Source: Dehalococcoidia bacterium (GTDB lineage Bacteria > Chloroflexota > Dehalococcoidia > Lucifugimonadales > JAGWBF01). Taken from it: a stretch of 64,000 bases of DNA. The notes beneath the pieces were generated by a model that ran no database searches, was not told the origin of the DNA, and saw only the letters and a list, made by a program, of their open reading frames with translations. Where the stretch lies: positions 776,406 through 840,405 of the forward strand of contig OZ244824.1 in NCBI GenBank assembly GCA_965220375.1, read 5' to 3'. The position numbers and the translations under genes are program-made. How positions within the stretch are numbered: position 1 is the stretch's first letter; every line of letters starts with the position of its first letter. Below, piece after piece: positions 47,074 to 58,415 of the stretch.

Positions 47074-49860
47074 CTACTCCAGGTCTCCCCAGTTGTAGCC
47101 CATCTTCATATCCACCTTCAGGGGGACCGACATCTCCATGGCCAAGGGCATCTCCTCCCGCACCACCTCTTTCAGCGCCTCCAGCTCCTCTTTCGGCGTT
47201 TCGAACAGCAGCTCGTCGTGCACCTGCAGCAGCATCAAGGAGCGCATCCCTTCGCTGTGCATGCGGAGACACACCCGTATCATCGCCAGCTTCATGATGT
47301 CCGCCGCCGTCCCCTGGATGGGCATGTTCACCGCCACCCGCTCGGCTGCCTGCCGGACGTGCATGTTAGAAGCGCCGATGTCGGGAATGTACCGCCGGCG
47401 TCCCAGCACGGTGGATACGTACCCATCGTGCCGCGCCTGCGCCTTGGTCTCCTCGATGTAATTGCGTATGCCCGGGTAGCTGGCAAAGTAGTTCTCGATG
47501 AACTTACGCCCCTCTTCTGGGCCAAACTCCGTCTGCTGGGATATGCCGTAGGGGGACAGGCCGTAGATCACGCCGAAGTTCAGCACCTTGGCGATCCGCC
47601 TCATGTCGGCCGTCACATCGTCCACGCCCACGTCATACATCAGCGACGCTGTGGCCGAGTGGATATCCTCACTCCGGTGGAAGGCGTCCAGCAGGGACGG
47701 GTCTTGAGACAGGTGGGCCAGCACCCGCAGTTCAATCTGGGAGTAGTCCGCGGACAGCAGCGTCCAGTCGGGGGCCTTCTCCGCCACGAATGCCTTGCGC
47801 ACCTGGCGCCCCAGCTCGGTGCGAATGGGAATGTTCTGGAGGTTAGGATCGTTGCTGGAGATGCGCCCCGTGGCCGAGCCTGTCTGGTTGTAGCTGGTGT
47901 GCAGCCTGTTGGTGCGGGGGTTTATCAGCAGGGGCAGGGAGTCCACGTAGGTGGACTTCAGCTTGGAGACCTGGCGGTACTCCAGGATGCCGTCCACCAC
48001 CGGGTGCATCCCCTTCAGAAATTCCAGCGAATTGGCATCCGTCGAGTAGGCGCCCGTCTTGGTGCGCTTGCTCTTGGGCAGCCCCAGCTCCTGGAATAGA
48101 AGGTCGCTGAGCTGCTGGGGAGAGTTGAGATTGAAATTGTGCCCCACCGATTCGTATGCCTGGACCTCAAGCTCCCTAAGCTGCAGGTCCAGCCCCAGGG
48201 ACATGGCATCCAGGGACTCCCGTTCCGCCAGGATGCCGTTTCGCTGCATCTCCACGAGCACGGGCACCAGGGGCATCTCCACCTGGTGCATCAGGTTGCC
48301 GAATCCCGACCTCTCCACCTGCTCCTCGAACACCTCACGCAGCCTGCCTGTCATGTCGGCATCGGCGCAGGCGTAGGGCGCGGCCTTCTCGATGGGCACC
48401 GCATCCATGCTCATCTGCTTCTTGCCCGTTCCCAGCAGGTCCGATATCGGGGTCATCTCCACACCCAGGATATCCAGGGCGAGGTTCTTCAGGCCGATGG
48501 CCTTCCTGCCCAGCAGGTGGGCTGCAATCATCGTGTCAAAGTCCACCTTGCCCGGCGCAACCTCGTAGTTCTTCAGGACTGTCAGGTCGTAGTTGGCGTT
48601 GTGGGCTGTCTGACCTGTGCCGTCGCCCTGCATAAAGGGCCTCAGGCGGGCCATGACCTCCTCCAGGGGCATCTGCTCCCCTTCCTTATGTCCCACTGGC
48701 ACATACCAAGCCCTGCCGGGCCCGCTGGAGAAGCTGAGTCCCACCAAGCCTGCCTGCATCGGGTCCAGGCTGGTGGTCTCGGTGTCGAATGCGTAGTGAG
48801 GGGCGGACGCCAGCTCGCCAACCATCTGCTCCAGCTTCTCCGGCGTATCCACCACCCGGTAGTCCATGTCCGACGGCTGTCCCACTACCGGCCCGGAAGC
48901 TGGAGCAGAAGCATCTGGGGTGGGTTTAGACTGGGATGCCGAGGGGTCCGGGATCCGGTCCACCCCCCTGAACTCCAGCTCCCGGAACAGCTCAACCACG
49001 TTCCGCCGGTCATAGTTCCAGAAACGGCACTTTTCCATGTCCAGGGACACCGGCGCATCCCTTGCTATGGTGGTGAGGAACTTGCCCTCCATGGCCCGCT
49101 CATGGTTGGCCCGCAGGTTCTCCCGCAGCTTGACCGGTTCCACCGAATCGATGTTACTGTAGAGGTCTTCCAGCGTCCCAAACTGGGTCACCAGCTTGAC
49201 CGCCGTCTTGTCGCCCACACCGGGAACACCGGGGATGTTGTCGGAGGTATCCCCCTTCAGCGCCTTGATGTCGGGTTGGAATTCGGGACCGAGACCGCCG
49301 TAGCGGGCCCTCACCTCAGCGATGTCGTACACCTTCCGGTCCTGGACGCTGTGGTAGAGCGCCACCCTCACCCAGGGCGACACCAGCTGGAAGGTGTCCG
49401 TGTCCCCCGTCAGGATGACAGTCTCCACGCCCTGCTCCTCGGCATGGCGGCACAGGGTGCCGATCACATCGTCCGCCTCGTACCCCTCCACCTCATAGAC
49501 CGGCACGTTGAAGGCGCCCATTAGCTGCTTCACCCGGTCGAACTGGGGAATCAGCTCCGGCGCCAGGTCCGGGCGCTGGGCTTTGTACTCCTTGAACCTG
49601 TCGTGGCGGAAGGTGGGGCCGGACATATCGTAGGCCATGGCCACATGGGTCGGGTTCCAGTCCCCGACTGCCCGCAGGAAGGTGTTGTTGAAACCGAAAA
49701 CCGCCGTAATGTCCTCGCCGGTAGTGCTCACCGACAGCTGCTGGCGCATTCGTATGGCGTTCCATGCGCGATGCACCAGCGCGTGGCCGTCGATGATCAT
49801 CAGGCGGGGGATCTGTTCCAGGGGCAGCATGGCAGGGGTCTCGGGGGCTTCACTGGTCAT
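47074..49860 (-). CDS. polA: DNA polymerase I
   Basis: 5-prime nuclease N-terminus (IDGHALVHRAW), 3-5 exonuclease-like domain, and polymerase motifs DYSQIELRVLAH and QVHDELLFE. Confidence 0.97.
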   Translation of the reverse strand: MTSEAPETPAMLPLEQIPRLMIIDGHALVHRAWNAIRMRQQLSVSTTGEDITAVFGFNNTFLRAVGDWNPTHVAMAYDMSGPTFRHDRFKEYKAQRPDLAPELIPQFDRVKQLMGAFNVPVYEVEGYEADDVIGTLCRHAEEQGVETVILTGDTDTFQLVSPWVRVALYHSVQDRKVYDIAEVRARYGGLGPEFQPDIKALKGDTSDNIPGVPGVGDKTAVKLVTQFGTLEDLYSNIDSVEPVKLRENLRANHERAMEGKFLTTIARDAPVSLDMEKCRFWNYDRRNVVELFRELEFRGVDRIPDPSASQSKPTPDASAPASGPVVGQPSDMDYRVVDTPEKLEQMVGELASAPHYAFDTETTSLDPMQAGLVGLSFSSGPGRAWYVPVGHKEGEQMPLEEVMARLRPFMQGDGTGQTAHNANYDLTVLKNYEVAPGKVDFDTMIAAHLLGRKAIGLKNLALDILGVEMTPISDLLGTGKKQMSMDAVPIEKAAPYACADADMTGRLREVFEEQVERSGFGNLMHQVEMPLVPVLVEMQRNGILAERESLDAMSLGLDLQLRELEVQAYESVGHNFNLNSPQQLSDLLFQELGLPKSKRTKTGAYSTDANSLEFLKGMHPVVDGILEYRQVSKLKSTYVDSLPLLINPRTNRLHTSYNQTGSATGRISSNDPNLQNIPIRTELGRQVRKAFVAEKAPDWTLLSADYSQIELRVLAHLSQDPSLLDAFHRSEDIHSATASLMYDVGVDDVTADMRRIAKVLNFGVIYGLSPYGISQQTEFGPEEGRKFIENYFASYPGIRNYIEETKAQARHDGYVSTVLGRRRYIPDIGASNMHVRQAAERVAVNMPIQGTAADIMKLAMIRVCLRMHSEGMRSLMLLQVHDELLFETPKEELEALKEVVREEMPLAMEMSVPLKVDMKMGYNWGDLE

Positions 49861-50057
49861 TGCGCACCACCGGCATGGAGGAGATAGGGGCGGGACGCCC
49901 GGCAGACCATCTTCTTCAAGGGCCCCGCATCCCAGTCCGCATTATACAACACGCCGGACCCGGTCTCGCCTTTCCCCTCCTCGGCCGCCGGAACGGGCCA
50001 TAGTGGTGAGCGGGCTGTGTTGACGGGGGCGCAGGGCGCCCATATCATCTGCTGGTA

Positions 50058-51104
50058 ATGTCGACCAAGATACTGGGGATCGAGACCTCCTGCGACGAAA
50101 CAGCGGCCGCCGTGGTGGAAGACGGCGTCAAGGTGCTGTCCAACGTGATCTGCTCCCAGGTTGACCTCCATGCTCGTTACGGCGGCGTGGTGCCGGAGGT
50201 TGCCTCTAGACAGCACGTCCTGGGGATATGCCCCGGAATCGAGAAGGCCCTGGATGATGCGGGCGCCCGCTTTGATGAGCTGGATGCGATAGCCGTCACC
50301 AGCGGGCCGGGTCTGGCCGGGTCCCTGCTGGTGGGGCTGAACGCCGCCAAGGCTATAGCCTTCTCCCTGGACATCCCCCTGCTGGGCATCAACCACCTGG
50401 AGGGGCACATCTTTGCGGCGTGGCTTAACGGCCAAGGGGGCGAAGATGGGCCGGACCCCAGTATGGACCCCGGCTTCCCACTGGTCTGCCTCATTGCGTC
50501 CGGGGGGCACACCGACCTGGTGTTGATGCAGGGGTATGGAGAATATCAGCTCTTGGGGCGCACGCGGGATGATGCGGCGGGGGAGGCTTTCGACAAAGCA
50601 GCCCGCATCCTGGGTCTCGGCTTCCCCGGCGGGCCGGAGATACAGCGGAAGTCCGCAGGCGTCCACCCTGGGGAGAAGCTGCCTAGATCGTGGCTCAAGG
50701 GGAGCCAGGACTTCAGCTTCAGCGGCATAAAGACCGCCCTGCTCAGGCGGGCCCAGAAGGCGGGGGTATATCCTCCCGACGAGTCCGAGGTGGAAGACAG
50801 CGAGCGTCTCATCAGTGAAATGGCGTCCGCCTTCCAGGAGTCGGTAGTGGATGTTCTGGTGTACAAGACCCTGGAAGCGGCCGACATCATGGGAGCCAAG
50901 GGGGTGATCCTGGGAGGCGGCGTGGCGGCCAACGCTTTGCTGCGACAGGAGATGATGCGCCAGTCGAGCCTGCCCGCCCTGATCCCGCCGCCCGTCTTGT
51001 GCACCGACAACGGGGCCATGATCGCAGCTTCCGGGTACTACCACTACACCCGGGGGTCGGGCAATTCCCTGGACTTGGATGTGGACCCGGGCCTGTCCCT
51101 CTAG
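50058..51104 (+). CDS. tsaD: tRNA N6-adenosine threonylcarbamoyltransferase
   Basis: [15 protein letters not shown] and the GGVAAN motif, typical of Kae1/TsaD. Confidence 0.95.
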   Translation: MSTKILGIETSCDETAAAVVEDGVKVLSNVICSQVDLHARYGGVVPEVASRQHVLGICPGIEKALDDAGARFDELDAIAVTSGPGLAGSLLVGLNAAKAIAFSLDIPLLGINHLEGHIFAAWLNGQGGEDGPDPSMDPGFPLVCLIASGGHTDLVLMQGYGEYQLLGRTRDDAAGEAFDKAARILGLGFPGGPEIQRKSAGVHPGEKLPRSWLKGSQDFSFSGIKTALLRRAQKAGVYPPDESEVEDSERLISEMASAFQESVVDVLVYKTLEAADIMGAKGVILGGGVAANALLRQEMMRQSSLPALIPPPVLCTDNGAMIAASGYYHYTRGSGNSLDLDVDPGLSL

Positions 51105-51115
51105 CGGCCCCCCTG

Positions 51116-51691
51116 TTACCAGATGCTCCTGCCGTACCTGCCGGGCTGCTTCAGCTCGAAGAACCTGTTGACCATCAGCCGGACGTCGCCCCCCGCCCTC
51201 CGGCCGCGAAACGTGCAGCTCACCTTCACGCCTGCCCCCTGGAACTGGATCTCCCCTTCCTCTTCCCACAGCACGTGCCTCAGGGTCAGCAGCGCGCCGA
51301 TGACGGCCAAGCCCCCGGCAAGCACATAGGCCAGGAGCTCTTGATGGAGAACATAGCTGGTCAAGAATACGAAGAGCGCCAGGATGATCAGGATGGGGCC
51401 CTGGTACATGTCGCGGTTGGAGCGGACGCCGTACTTTACCGAGGCGGAGGTAACATCATCCAGGGGAGCGACGGAGACCTCCTTGCGTTCGCCGGACTCT
51501 ATGAAGGAGATGATGCGCCTGTTGGTGAACACCAGGATATCGCCGTTGGGCGGAATGCTGTCCACTACCCCGTGCTCGGAGGAGAAGCGCTGGAGAACCA
51601 TTTCCCGTTCGGTGAGGGGGAGCCAACGGACATGCCTAACAGAGATTGGGGGTCCGACCGGTTGGTCTAGGTAGGTGCGCTCCTCTTCCAC
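51116..51691 (-). CDS. hypothetical membrane protein with bacterial PH-like N-terminal segment
   Basis: ILVFTNRRIISF resembles bPH/DUF304 motifs. Two hydrophobic helices follow. No function assignable. Confidence 0.45.
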   Translation of the reverse strand: MEEERTYLDQPVGPPISVRHVRWLPLTEREMVLQRFSSEHGVVDSIPPNGDILVFTNRRIISFIESGERKEVSVAPLDDVTSASVKYGVRSNRDMYQGPILIILALFVFLTSYVLHQELLAYVLAGGLAVIGALLTLRHVLWEEEGEIQFQGAGVKVSCTFRGRRAGGDVRLMVNRFFELKQPGRYGRSIW

Positions 51692-51788
51692 GTCAGCCCC
51701 ATCGTACCACAGCCAAGGGCCTTCCCGCCCTCGCTCATTGGACCCTCAAGGCCATGAAACTCCCCCATTTACCACAGGGGGGACACGC

Positions 51789-54700
51789 CTACTCCAGGTA
51801 CTCTTCTATGCGCTTGACGCTGTAGGAGGTGTGGTCCATTAGCAGGCTCTCCACGGCAGCCCGGGCGGTGTCCAGGGATGTGAAGCAGGGGATGCGCTTC
51901 TCCACGGCGGCCCTGCGGATGTAGAACCCGTCGCGCAGGGTGGCGGCAACGCCTGTGACGGTGTTGATCACTCCACCCACCAAGCCATCGTTGATCACAT
52001 CCACCACGTTGGGATGGCCTTCGCTCAGCTTCTTGGTGATCATGGTGACCGGGACGCCCATGGCCTGCAGCATAGCTGCTGTGCCCTCGGTGGCGTAAAC
52101 TATGAGTCCCGCCTGCAGGATCTCATGGACGAGGCTGGTTGCTTCGGCCTTGTCTTTGTCGGCGATGCTGAGCAGCACCCCGCTGCCCGGGCTGAGGGTC
52201 AGCCCCGCCGCCTTCAGGGCCTTGGCAAGGGCCGGCGGGAACTCCTCGTCAACCCCCATGACCTCGCCCGTGGACTTCATCTCAGGCCCCATGTACCAGT
52301 CCACCCCGATGAGCTTGGACATGGAAAAGACGGGGGCCTTGACGGCCGTTACCTTCTGGCGCTTCCACAGGCCTCCCTTGTACCCCATCTCCTTCAGGGT
52401 CCTCCCCAGCATGGCCCGGGTGGCCAGGTTGACCACCGGCACACCGGTAACCTTGGAGATGAAGGGGACCGTTCTGCTGGAACGGGGATTGACCTCCAGT
52501 ACATAGACCGAGGTCTCCCCATCCAGCTCCAAGGGCTGCCTGGGACTGCGGTAGGGCGGCCCCCCCAGGATGACGAACTGGATGTTCATGAGGCCCAACA
52601 CCCCAAGGCCCATCCCGATACGGGTTGTGTAATCGATTATGGTGTCCACCTCTTTGGTGGTCAGGTTCAGGCCAGGATATATGGCCATGGAGTCCCCGCT
52701 GTGGACACCCGCCCGCTCTATGTGCTCCATGATGCCGGGGACGAGCACCTCCTGGCCGTCGCATATGGCATCCACTTCGCACTCTTTGCCTTCCATGTAC
52801 TTGTCGATGAGGACAGGCTTGCCCTGCCCCACCTCCGTAGCCATGGACAGGTAGTGGATCAGCTCGGTGGCGTTCTGAACGATCTCCATGGCGCGCCCCC
52901 CCAGCACATAGCTGGGACGGACCACGATGGGATAGCCGATGTCCTGGGCGACCCTGAGGGCTTCTTCCACCGAGGACACCCCCGCGCCGGGGGGTTGGGG
53001 GATGCCCAGGCGGGAGAGAAACTCTTCGAACTTGTGGCGGTCCGAGGCGATGTCTATCACCTCCGCCCCGGACCCCAGGATGGGAAGTCCGGCCCGCCCC
53101 AAGCTCTGGGAGAGGTTTATGGCGGTCTGCCCGCCGAACTGCACCAGGGATGGAGGCGGCGCCCCTTCCCCCGCTTCGTTTTCTATGATGTCCCGCAGCC
53201 CCTCTTCGTCCAGGGGCTCGAAGTACAAGCGGCTGCTGGTGTCGAAGTCCGTCGAGACGGTCTCCGGGTTAGAGTTCACCAGGATGCTCTGAACGTTTTC
53301 CTTGCCCAATGCCCAGGCGGCGTGGACGCTGCAGTAGTCGAACTCTATGCCCTGGCCGATTCGGATCGGCCCGCTGCCGACCACGATTGCCTTTGGCCCC
53401 TCCAGGGGAGGCGCTTCGTTCTCCTCCTCGTAGGTGCTGTAGTAGTAGGGCGTCACCGCCTCGAACTCGGCAGCGCAGGTGTCCACCATCTTGTACACCG
53501 GGAGGATGTTCCAGCGGTGGCGCAGCTCCCGCACTTGCTCATCCAGCTTGTCTGCCATGGTCCCCACCTGGCTGTCGGAGAAGCCCAGGCGCTTGGCCCT
53601 CCAGAGGAGCTCAGGCGTAAGGGACTCGCCGAGGAGGCGTCCCTCCATGTTGACGATCCGGGCCAGGGCACTGGTGAACCAGGGGTCGATGAAGGTCATG
53701 GTGGAGGCTTCCACCGGGTTGGTGCCCCTGCGGAGAAGGTGAATGACCTCCCATAGGCGCATGTCCGTGGGGATCTGGGGTGTGGGCCGGGTCCCCCCCT
53801 CTGCGCCGTCGCGCCAGGCAGGGTCTTCCCACATGAGGGAGCGCCCCGACATCTCCAGCGAGCGCACCGCCTTCTGCAGGGCGGCTTCGAAGCTGCGGTC
53901 TATGGCCATGACCTCACCGGTGGCCTTCATCTGGGTCGTCGTAGTGCGGTCTCCGGCGGGGAATTTGTCGAAGGGCCACCGGGGTATCTTGACCACGCAG
54001 TAGTCCAGGGCAGGCTCGAAGGCCGCCTTGGTGCGCATGGTGACCGCATTGGGTATCTCATCCAGGTGCTTGCCCACGGCGATCTTGGCCGCCACCCGGG
54101 CGATGGGGTACCCCGTCGCCTTGCTGGCCAGGGCCGAGCTGCGGCTGACCCTGGGGTTGACCTCGATGACGTAGTAGGGGGCATCAGGCTTCCACTCGCC
54201 GGGTATGGCCTCCGCCACCACGGGATGGGGAGGCAGGGCGAACTGGATATTGCACCCGCCTTCAATGCCCAATGCCCGGATTATGCGCAAGCTGGCAGAC
54301 CTGAGCATCTGGTACTCTTTGTCCGACAGGGTCTGGCTCGGCGCAACCACGATGCTGTCCCCGGTGTGCACGCCCATGGGGTCCAGGTTCTCCATGTTGC
54401 AGATGGTTATGCAGTTGTCCGCCGAGTCCCGCATCACCTCGAACTCGATCTCTTTCCAACCCACGAGGGAGCGTTCCACGAGCACCTGGTTAATGGGGCT
54501 GGCCGCCAATCCCCCGCCGGCTATAGCCTCGAAATCTTCGGTATTGTTGGCGATTCCCCCGCCGGTCCCCCCCAGGGTGTAGGCGGGCCGTACCACCAGG
54601 GGCAGGCCCATGCGCCCAGCTACAAGGCGGGCCTCTTCCATGGACTGGACGGTGGTGCTGGGGGGTTGGGGTTCTCCCAGGTCAGCCAGGAGATTGCGGA

Positions 54701-55088
54701 ACAGCTCCCGGTCTTCAGCATTGCGGATGGTTTCCAGGGGGGTGCCCAGCAGGCGCACATCGTGCTTCTCCAGCAGGCCGGCTTGGGCAATATCGACTGC
54801 CAAGTTGAGGCCCGTTTGCCCTCCCAGCGTGGGGAGGATGCCGTCGGGCTTCTCCCGGGCCAGCACCCGGTCCATCACATCGACGCTCAGGGGTTCGATG
54901 TACACCATGTCGGCGATGTCCCTGTCCGTCATGATGGTCGCGGGGTTGGAGTTGACCAGGACGGTGACGACACCCTCCTCGCGGAGGGCCTTGCAGGCTT
55001 GGGTGCCTGCGTAGTCGAACTCCGCTGCTTGACCGATGACGATGGCCCCGGACCCTATCACCAGCACCTTGGACGGTTTGGCGGCCAT
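51789..55088 (-). CDS. carB: carbamoyl-phosphate synthase large subunit
   Basis: Duplicated ATP-grasp halves ([19 protein letters not shown] and [19 protein letters not shown]) plus an MGS-like C-terminus. Start moved to ATG 55088. Confidence 0.97.
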   Translation of the reverse strand: MAAKPSKVLVIGSGAIVIGQAAEFDYAGTQACKALREEGVVTVLVNSNPATIMTDRDIADMVYIEPLSVDVMDRVLAREKPDGILPTLGGQTGLNLAVDIAQAGLLEKHDVRLLGTPLETIRNAEDRELFRNLLADLGEPQPPSTTVQSMEEARLVAGRMGLPLVVRPAYTLGGTGGGIANNTEDFEAIAGGGLAASPINQVLVERSLVGWKEIEFEVMRDSADNCITICNMENLDPMGVHTGDSIVVAPSQTLSDKEYQMLRSASLRIIRALGIEGGCNIQFALPPHPVVAEAIPGEWKPDAPYYVIEVNPRVSRSSALASKATGYPIARVAAKIAVGKHLDEIPNAVTMRTKAAFEPALDYCVVKIPRWPFDKFPAGDRTTTTQMKATGEVMAIDRSFEAALQKAVRSLEMSGRSLMWEDPAWRDGAEGGTRPTPQIPTDMRLWEVIHLLRRGTNPVEASTMTFIDPWFTSALARIVNMEGRLLGESLTPELLWRAKRLGFSDSQVGTMADKLDEQVRELRHRWNILPVYKMVDTCAAEFEAVTPYYYSTYEEENEAPPLEGPKAIVVGSGPIRIGQGIEFDYCSVHAAWALGKENVQSILVNSNPETVSTDFDTSSRLYFEPLDEEGLRDIIENEAGEGAPPPSLVQFGGQTAINLSQSLGRAGLPILGSGAEVIDIASDRHKFEEFLSRLGIPQPPGAGVSSVEEALRVAQDIGYPIVVRPSYVLGGRAMEIVQNATELIHYLSMATEVGQGKPVLIDKYMEGKECEVDAICDGQEVLVPGIMEHIERAGVHSGDSMAIYPGLNLTTKEVDTIIDYTTRIGMGLGVLGLMNIQFVILGGPPYRSPRQPLELDGETSVYVLEVNPRSSRTVPFISKVTGVPVVNLATRAMLGRTLKEMGYKGGLWKRQKVTAVKAPVFSMSKLIGVDWYMGPEMKSTGEVMGVDEEFPPALAKALKAAGLTLSPGSGVLLSIADKDKAEATSLVHEILQAGLIVYATEGTAAMLQAMGVPVTMITKKLSEGHPNVVDVINDGLVGGVINTVTGVAATLRDGFYIRRAAVEKRIPCFTSLDTARAAVESLLMDHTSYSVKRIEEYLE

Positions 55089-55216
55089 TCCCACCCCTCG
55101 ATATGCTGCTGGGTATCTTATCCTGTCCACCTGGGGGGCACAAGGCAAAACAATAGGCCCGGCGGCGCTGGGCGACCGGTTATGTAAAGACCCTCAGCGC
55201 GAGAATTTTTTCTACT

Positions 55217-55630
55217 TCAGGAAATAGGCAGTTGCGCTGGCAGATTAATCAGCCCCCGGGCTTGAAAGGCGTTCAGGAGCTGAAATATGAAGCTGGCAAA
55301 GAGGTCTCCCTCTTTTGCGAAGAGCTTGGAGTGAGATTCACACCATTCGTTCCACGGGGGAATCCTGAGCAGGGTTGCGCCTTCGGACATCTTGTTCACT
55401 TCGATAAATCCCACGGATGTCCACGGCTGTTCTCCCCGGCGATGCTCCACGGCTTTGACATCGAGCTTCCAATTGGAACCGACCACCCCTCCCTTTGGTC
55501 TCACATGGAATTCGTAGTCCTCGTAGGAGAAAACGGGCACGTCGGTGTCGAGGGCCACTATCACATCTCCTATCTCGGACTGCATTTCCATCTCCACTCC
55601 CTCCTCCAGTATGAAATGGGCAAAGGACAT
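55217..55630 (-). CDS. hypothetical protein (137 aa) inserted between carA and carB
   Basis: Uninterrupted ORF on the operon strand, more AT-rich by eye. No motif recognised. Confidence 0.5.
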   Translation of the reverse strand: MSFAHFILEEGVEMEMQSEIGDVIVALDTDVPVFSYEDYEFHVRPKGGVVGSNWKLDVKAVEHRRGEQPWTSVGFIEVNKMSEGATLLRIPPWNEWCESHSKLFAKEGDLFASFIFQLLNAFQARGLINLPAQLPIS

Positions 55631-55809
55631 TGACGGACCTCCATAGAGAGCGGTATCTGTGACTAGCCAACTCCTTTCGTTAGATTTCGGTACGAAACCG
55701 ACATTACACCTCCCGCCCTTCCGGACCGGAGGTGTAACGAAGATTTTCCCACTATGGCAGGCGGCATTTCTACCTGCGTCCCGAGCGGCTTTCCCCCAGT
55801 TTGGATGGG

Positions 55810-57021
55810 CTAGCGGTAGCTGGAGGGGTTGCCTACCATGTCGAGAAAGCGGTCGAAGAGGTACTCGTTGTCCCTAGGGCCGGGGGATGCTTCCGAGTGG
55901 TACTGGATAGTGATGACGGGAAGGGAGCGGTGGCGAAGCCCCTCAACCGTCCCGTCGTTCAGGTTCAAATGGGTAACTTCCAGCTCTGGAGGCAGGTTCT
56001 CCAGGTCCACGGCGTAGCCGTGGTTCTGGGCGGTGATGTAAACCCTGCCCGTCCGGACATCCTGCACCGAGTGATTGGCCCCGCGGTGCCCGAACTTCAG
56101 CTTGAAGGTGCCGGCCCCCAACGCCCTGGCGACGATCTGGTGGCCCAGGCAGATGCCCATCAGGGGCACCCGCCCGATCAGCTGGCGCACGTTCTCCACC
56201 ATGTAGCCGAGCTGGGCCGGGTTTCCCGGTCCGGGGGACAGCAGCACCCCCGACGGCTCCAACGCCAGCACCTCGCCCGCCGAAGCTGTGCAGGGCACGA
56301 TGACCACCTCGCAGCCCCTCTGGTGCAGCAGGCGAAGGATGTTGTATTTGACCCCGTAGTCCCCCACCACGATGCGGGGCTTACGGCTCCCCCCGCCATC
56401 ATCACTACCGTCAGGGGCGCCGGGCTCCCAGGTGTAAGGAGCGTCGGTGGTGACACGGCTCACATAGTCCACATCTCCGTAAGGCGCAATGGTTTCCAGC
56501 TGGGAGAGGGCGGTTTCGGCAATCCGGGCGCCCGTGTCTTCCGACGGCTGGCGCCATGACCCCTGGCCGACCCCTTCCACCTCCTCGGCGGAGATGATCA
56601 TTCCCATCATCACGCCATGATTGCGGAGCTTCTTGGTTATGGACCGGGTGTCCACGCCGGATATCCCCGGCGTACCCCGTTCTTTCAAAAATTCGTGCAG
56701 GGTGGCATCGCTCAGGGCATGGCTGGGGGTGTCGCAGTGCTCACGGACGACAATACCGGCGACCTGCACCTGCCGGGACTCCATGTCCCGGCTGTTGGTG
56801 CCGTAGTTCCCTACCAGGGGATAGGTGAGCACAACGATCTGTCCGGCGTAGGAGGGATCGGTCAACGCTTCCTGGTAGCCCGTCATGCTGGTGTTGAACA
56901 CAACCTCGCCGTGGGCGGAAATGCCCGCGCCGAAGGACTCCCCCCGGTACACCGACCCGTCTTCCAGTACCAGGTAGGAAGACCCGGGGGCCGGTACGTT
57001 TCCGTGGTTTTCGCGCAACAT
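55810..57021 (-). CDS. carA: carbamoyl-phosphate synthase small (glutaminase) subunit
   Basis: Class I amidotransferase motif GICLGHQ, the HRGANH-type motif and the N-terminal CarA domain. Confidence 0.95.
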   Translation of the reverse strand: MLRENHGNVPAPGSSYLVLEDGSVYRGESFGAGISAHGEVVFNTSMTGYQEALTDPSYAGQIVVLTYPLVGNYGTNSRDMESRQVQVAGIVVREHCDTPSHALSDATLHEFLKERGTPGISGVDTRSITKKLRNHGVMMGMIISAEEVEGVGQGSWRQPSEDTGARIAETALSQLETIAPYGDVDYVSRVTTDAPYTWEPGAPDGSDDGGGSRKPRIVVGDYGVKYNILRLLHQRGCEVVIVPCTASAGEVLALEPSGVLLSPGPGNPAQLGYMVENVRQLIGRVPLMGICLGHQIVARALGAGTFKLKFGHRGANHSVQDVRTGRVYITAQNHGYAVDLENLPPELEVTHLNLNDGTVEGLRHRSLPVITIQYHSEASPGPRDNEYLFDRFLDMVGNPSSYR

Positions 57022-57032
57022 TCCCTGGCGTC

Positions 57033-58415
57033 CTACCCTTCCTGGCTCACCCTCTTGGGGTCACGCAGGCCCTTGGCTTGGGCGGTGGATATGTCTCTAT
57101 AGAACCCGAAGCGTTCGGTATCGACCCGCTCCTTGGGGAAATCGACCATCGGATGATAGACCTCCCCGTAGGGGTAGGAGAAGAAGGACGGGACCGTTTC
57201 CCGCTCGCAGTAGCTACAGACCAAGCGGATGAAAGGTCTCTGGTAGATGGCAAAGTTGTGGGCCTCGTTCTGGCTATCCTGGGCGGCGGCGCAGTTCGCG
57301 TTGTCGCAGACGAACTCCTGAGTAGCTTCCGACAACTTCCCTTGTGGGATGTCGTCGGCACCTCCACCTGAGGCTTTGCTCCACGGGTACAGGCCCAGTA
57401 TGAGAGCGATAAGGGCCATGCGCACCGGCACTCCGTTGCGGGCCTGCTGGAAGTACCTGCTCCGGGGGTCGGCATCGATGCTGGGGGATAGCTCATCGAC
57501 CCGCGGGAGGGGATGCAGCACGAAGGCCTTGGAGAAATCGGACATCCGCAGAATGGAGCGGTCTATGCGGGGATAGGCGCCCGAGCTGTCGCCGGCATTG
57601 GGGGATTCCCTCTCACCCTGCCGCCTTGTGGCGTACAGGGCGAAGGACTCGCCCTTCTCCATCCGCAGGTCCATCGAATCGAACATCGTCAGGGTGTGGG
57701 GATGGCTGGGCGTCATGTAGATTGCATCCACTTCTTCTTCCCGCCCGCCCCGGTTCCGGGAGTAGAGGGCCTCCAGCCCCCGGTGCCGTATCTGCTGAAT
57801 GGGGGTCTGGTAGTCCGATTCTATCTTGTGAAGGACATGGTCGGGCAGTCCAAGGCCCTCTCCCGGGACGAAGATGATCACCGCGCCGAAACGGAGGAGA
57901 GCGTACAGCAGGGAGTGGACGGTGCGTCCGTTCTTCAGGTCTCCGCAAAGGACGATCTTCTTGCCCCGGAGGGTCCCGAACTCCTTCCTCAGCGTGTACA
58001 GGTCCAGGAGGGTCTGGGTTGGGTGTTCGTGGCTGCCGTCCCCGGCGTTGATGACAGGCACATCGCTGTACTCGGCTGCCAGCCTGGCCGCCCCCTCCCA
58101 CGGATGGCGGATGACCATAAGGTCGGCGTAGCTGCTCCAGATGCGGACGGTGTCTGCCAGGGACTCGCCCTTGGTCATGGAAGTGGAGCTGGCGTCGGCG
58201 GTGCCGACAACATCGCCTCCCAGCCGTTTCATGGCGGACTCGAAGGAACCCCTGGTGCGGGTGCTGGGCTCGAAGAACAGGTTGGCCATCAGCAGGTGGG
58301 AAGCAACGCCATGGAACTTGTCCCGCTCCTGCTCCATCTCCTGGGCCAGGTCGAGCACATCCTCGATCTGGCTGTTGGACAGGTCTTCAATGGTGGTCAA
58401 GCTGCCTCTGTACAT
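57033..58415 (-). CDS. pyrB: aspartate carbamoyltransferase catalytic chain fused to a PyrI-type zinc domain
   Basis: STRTR, HPTQ and HPLPR motifs. The C-terminal extra ~125 aa contain CDNANC..(N28)..CSYCE, which matches the four-Cys zinc domain of PyrI. Confidence 0.9.
   Translation of the reverse strand: MYRGSLTTIEDLSNSQIEDVLDLAQEMEQERDKFHGVASHLLMANLFFEPSTRTRGSFESAMKRLGGDVVGTADASSTSMTKGESLADTVRIWSSYADLMVIRHPWEGAARLAAEYSDVPVINAGDGSHEHPTQTLLDLYTLRKEFGTLRGKKIVLCGDLKNGRTVHSLLYALLRFGAVIIFVPGEGLGLPDHVLHKIESDYQTPIQQIRHRGLEALYSRNRGGREEEVDAIYMTPSHPHTLTMFDSMDLRMEKGESFALYATRRQGERESPNAGDSSGAYPRIDRSILRMSDFSKAFVLHPLPRVDELSPSIDADPRSRYFQQARNGVPVRMALIALILGLYPWSKASGGGADDIPQGKLSEATQEFVCDNANCAAAQDSQNEAHNFAIYQRPFIRLVCSYCERETVPSFFSYPYGEVYHPMVDFPKERVDTERFGFYRDISTAQAKGLRDPKRVSQEG

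Noticed and set aside
49857-51269. Long antisense ORFs in the track. Examples: 49857-51269, 52014-53756, 54066-55187, 48139-49524, 25944-27137, 27773-28960, 57513-58445, 16652-17683, 11662-12657, 2555-3445, 3801-4565, 42052-42729, 45076-45858 and 40202-40945.
   Set aside because: Each lies opposite a gene with clear family motifs. They have Arg/Gly/Pro/His-rich low-complexity translations and no motifs, which is the typical shadow-ORF pattern in high-GC DNA.
55704-55737. The perfect 10-bp stem-loop after carA as a canonical intrinsic terminator.
   Set aside because: No U-tract follows it on the transcribed strand. It may be a processing site, a REP-type element or a U-tract-independent terminator. 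It is mentioned only inside the carA/carB finding.
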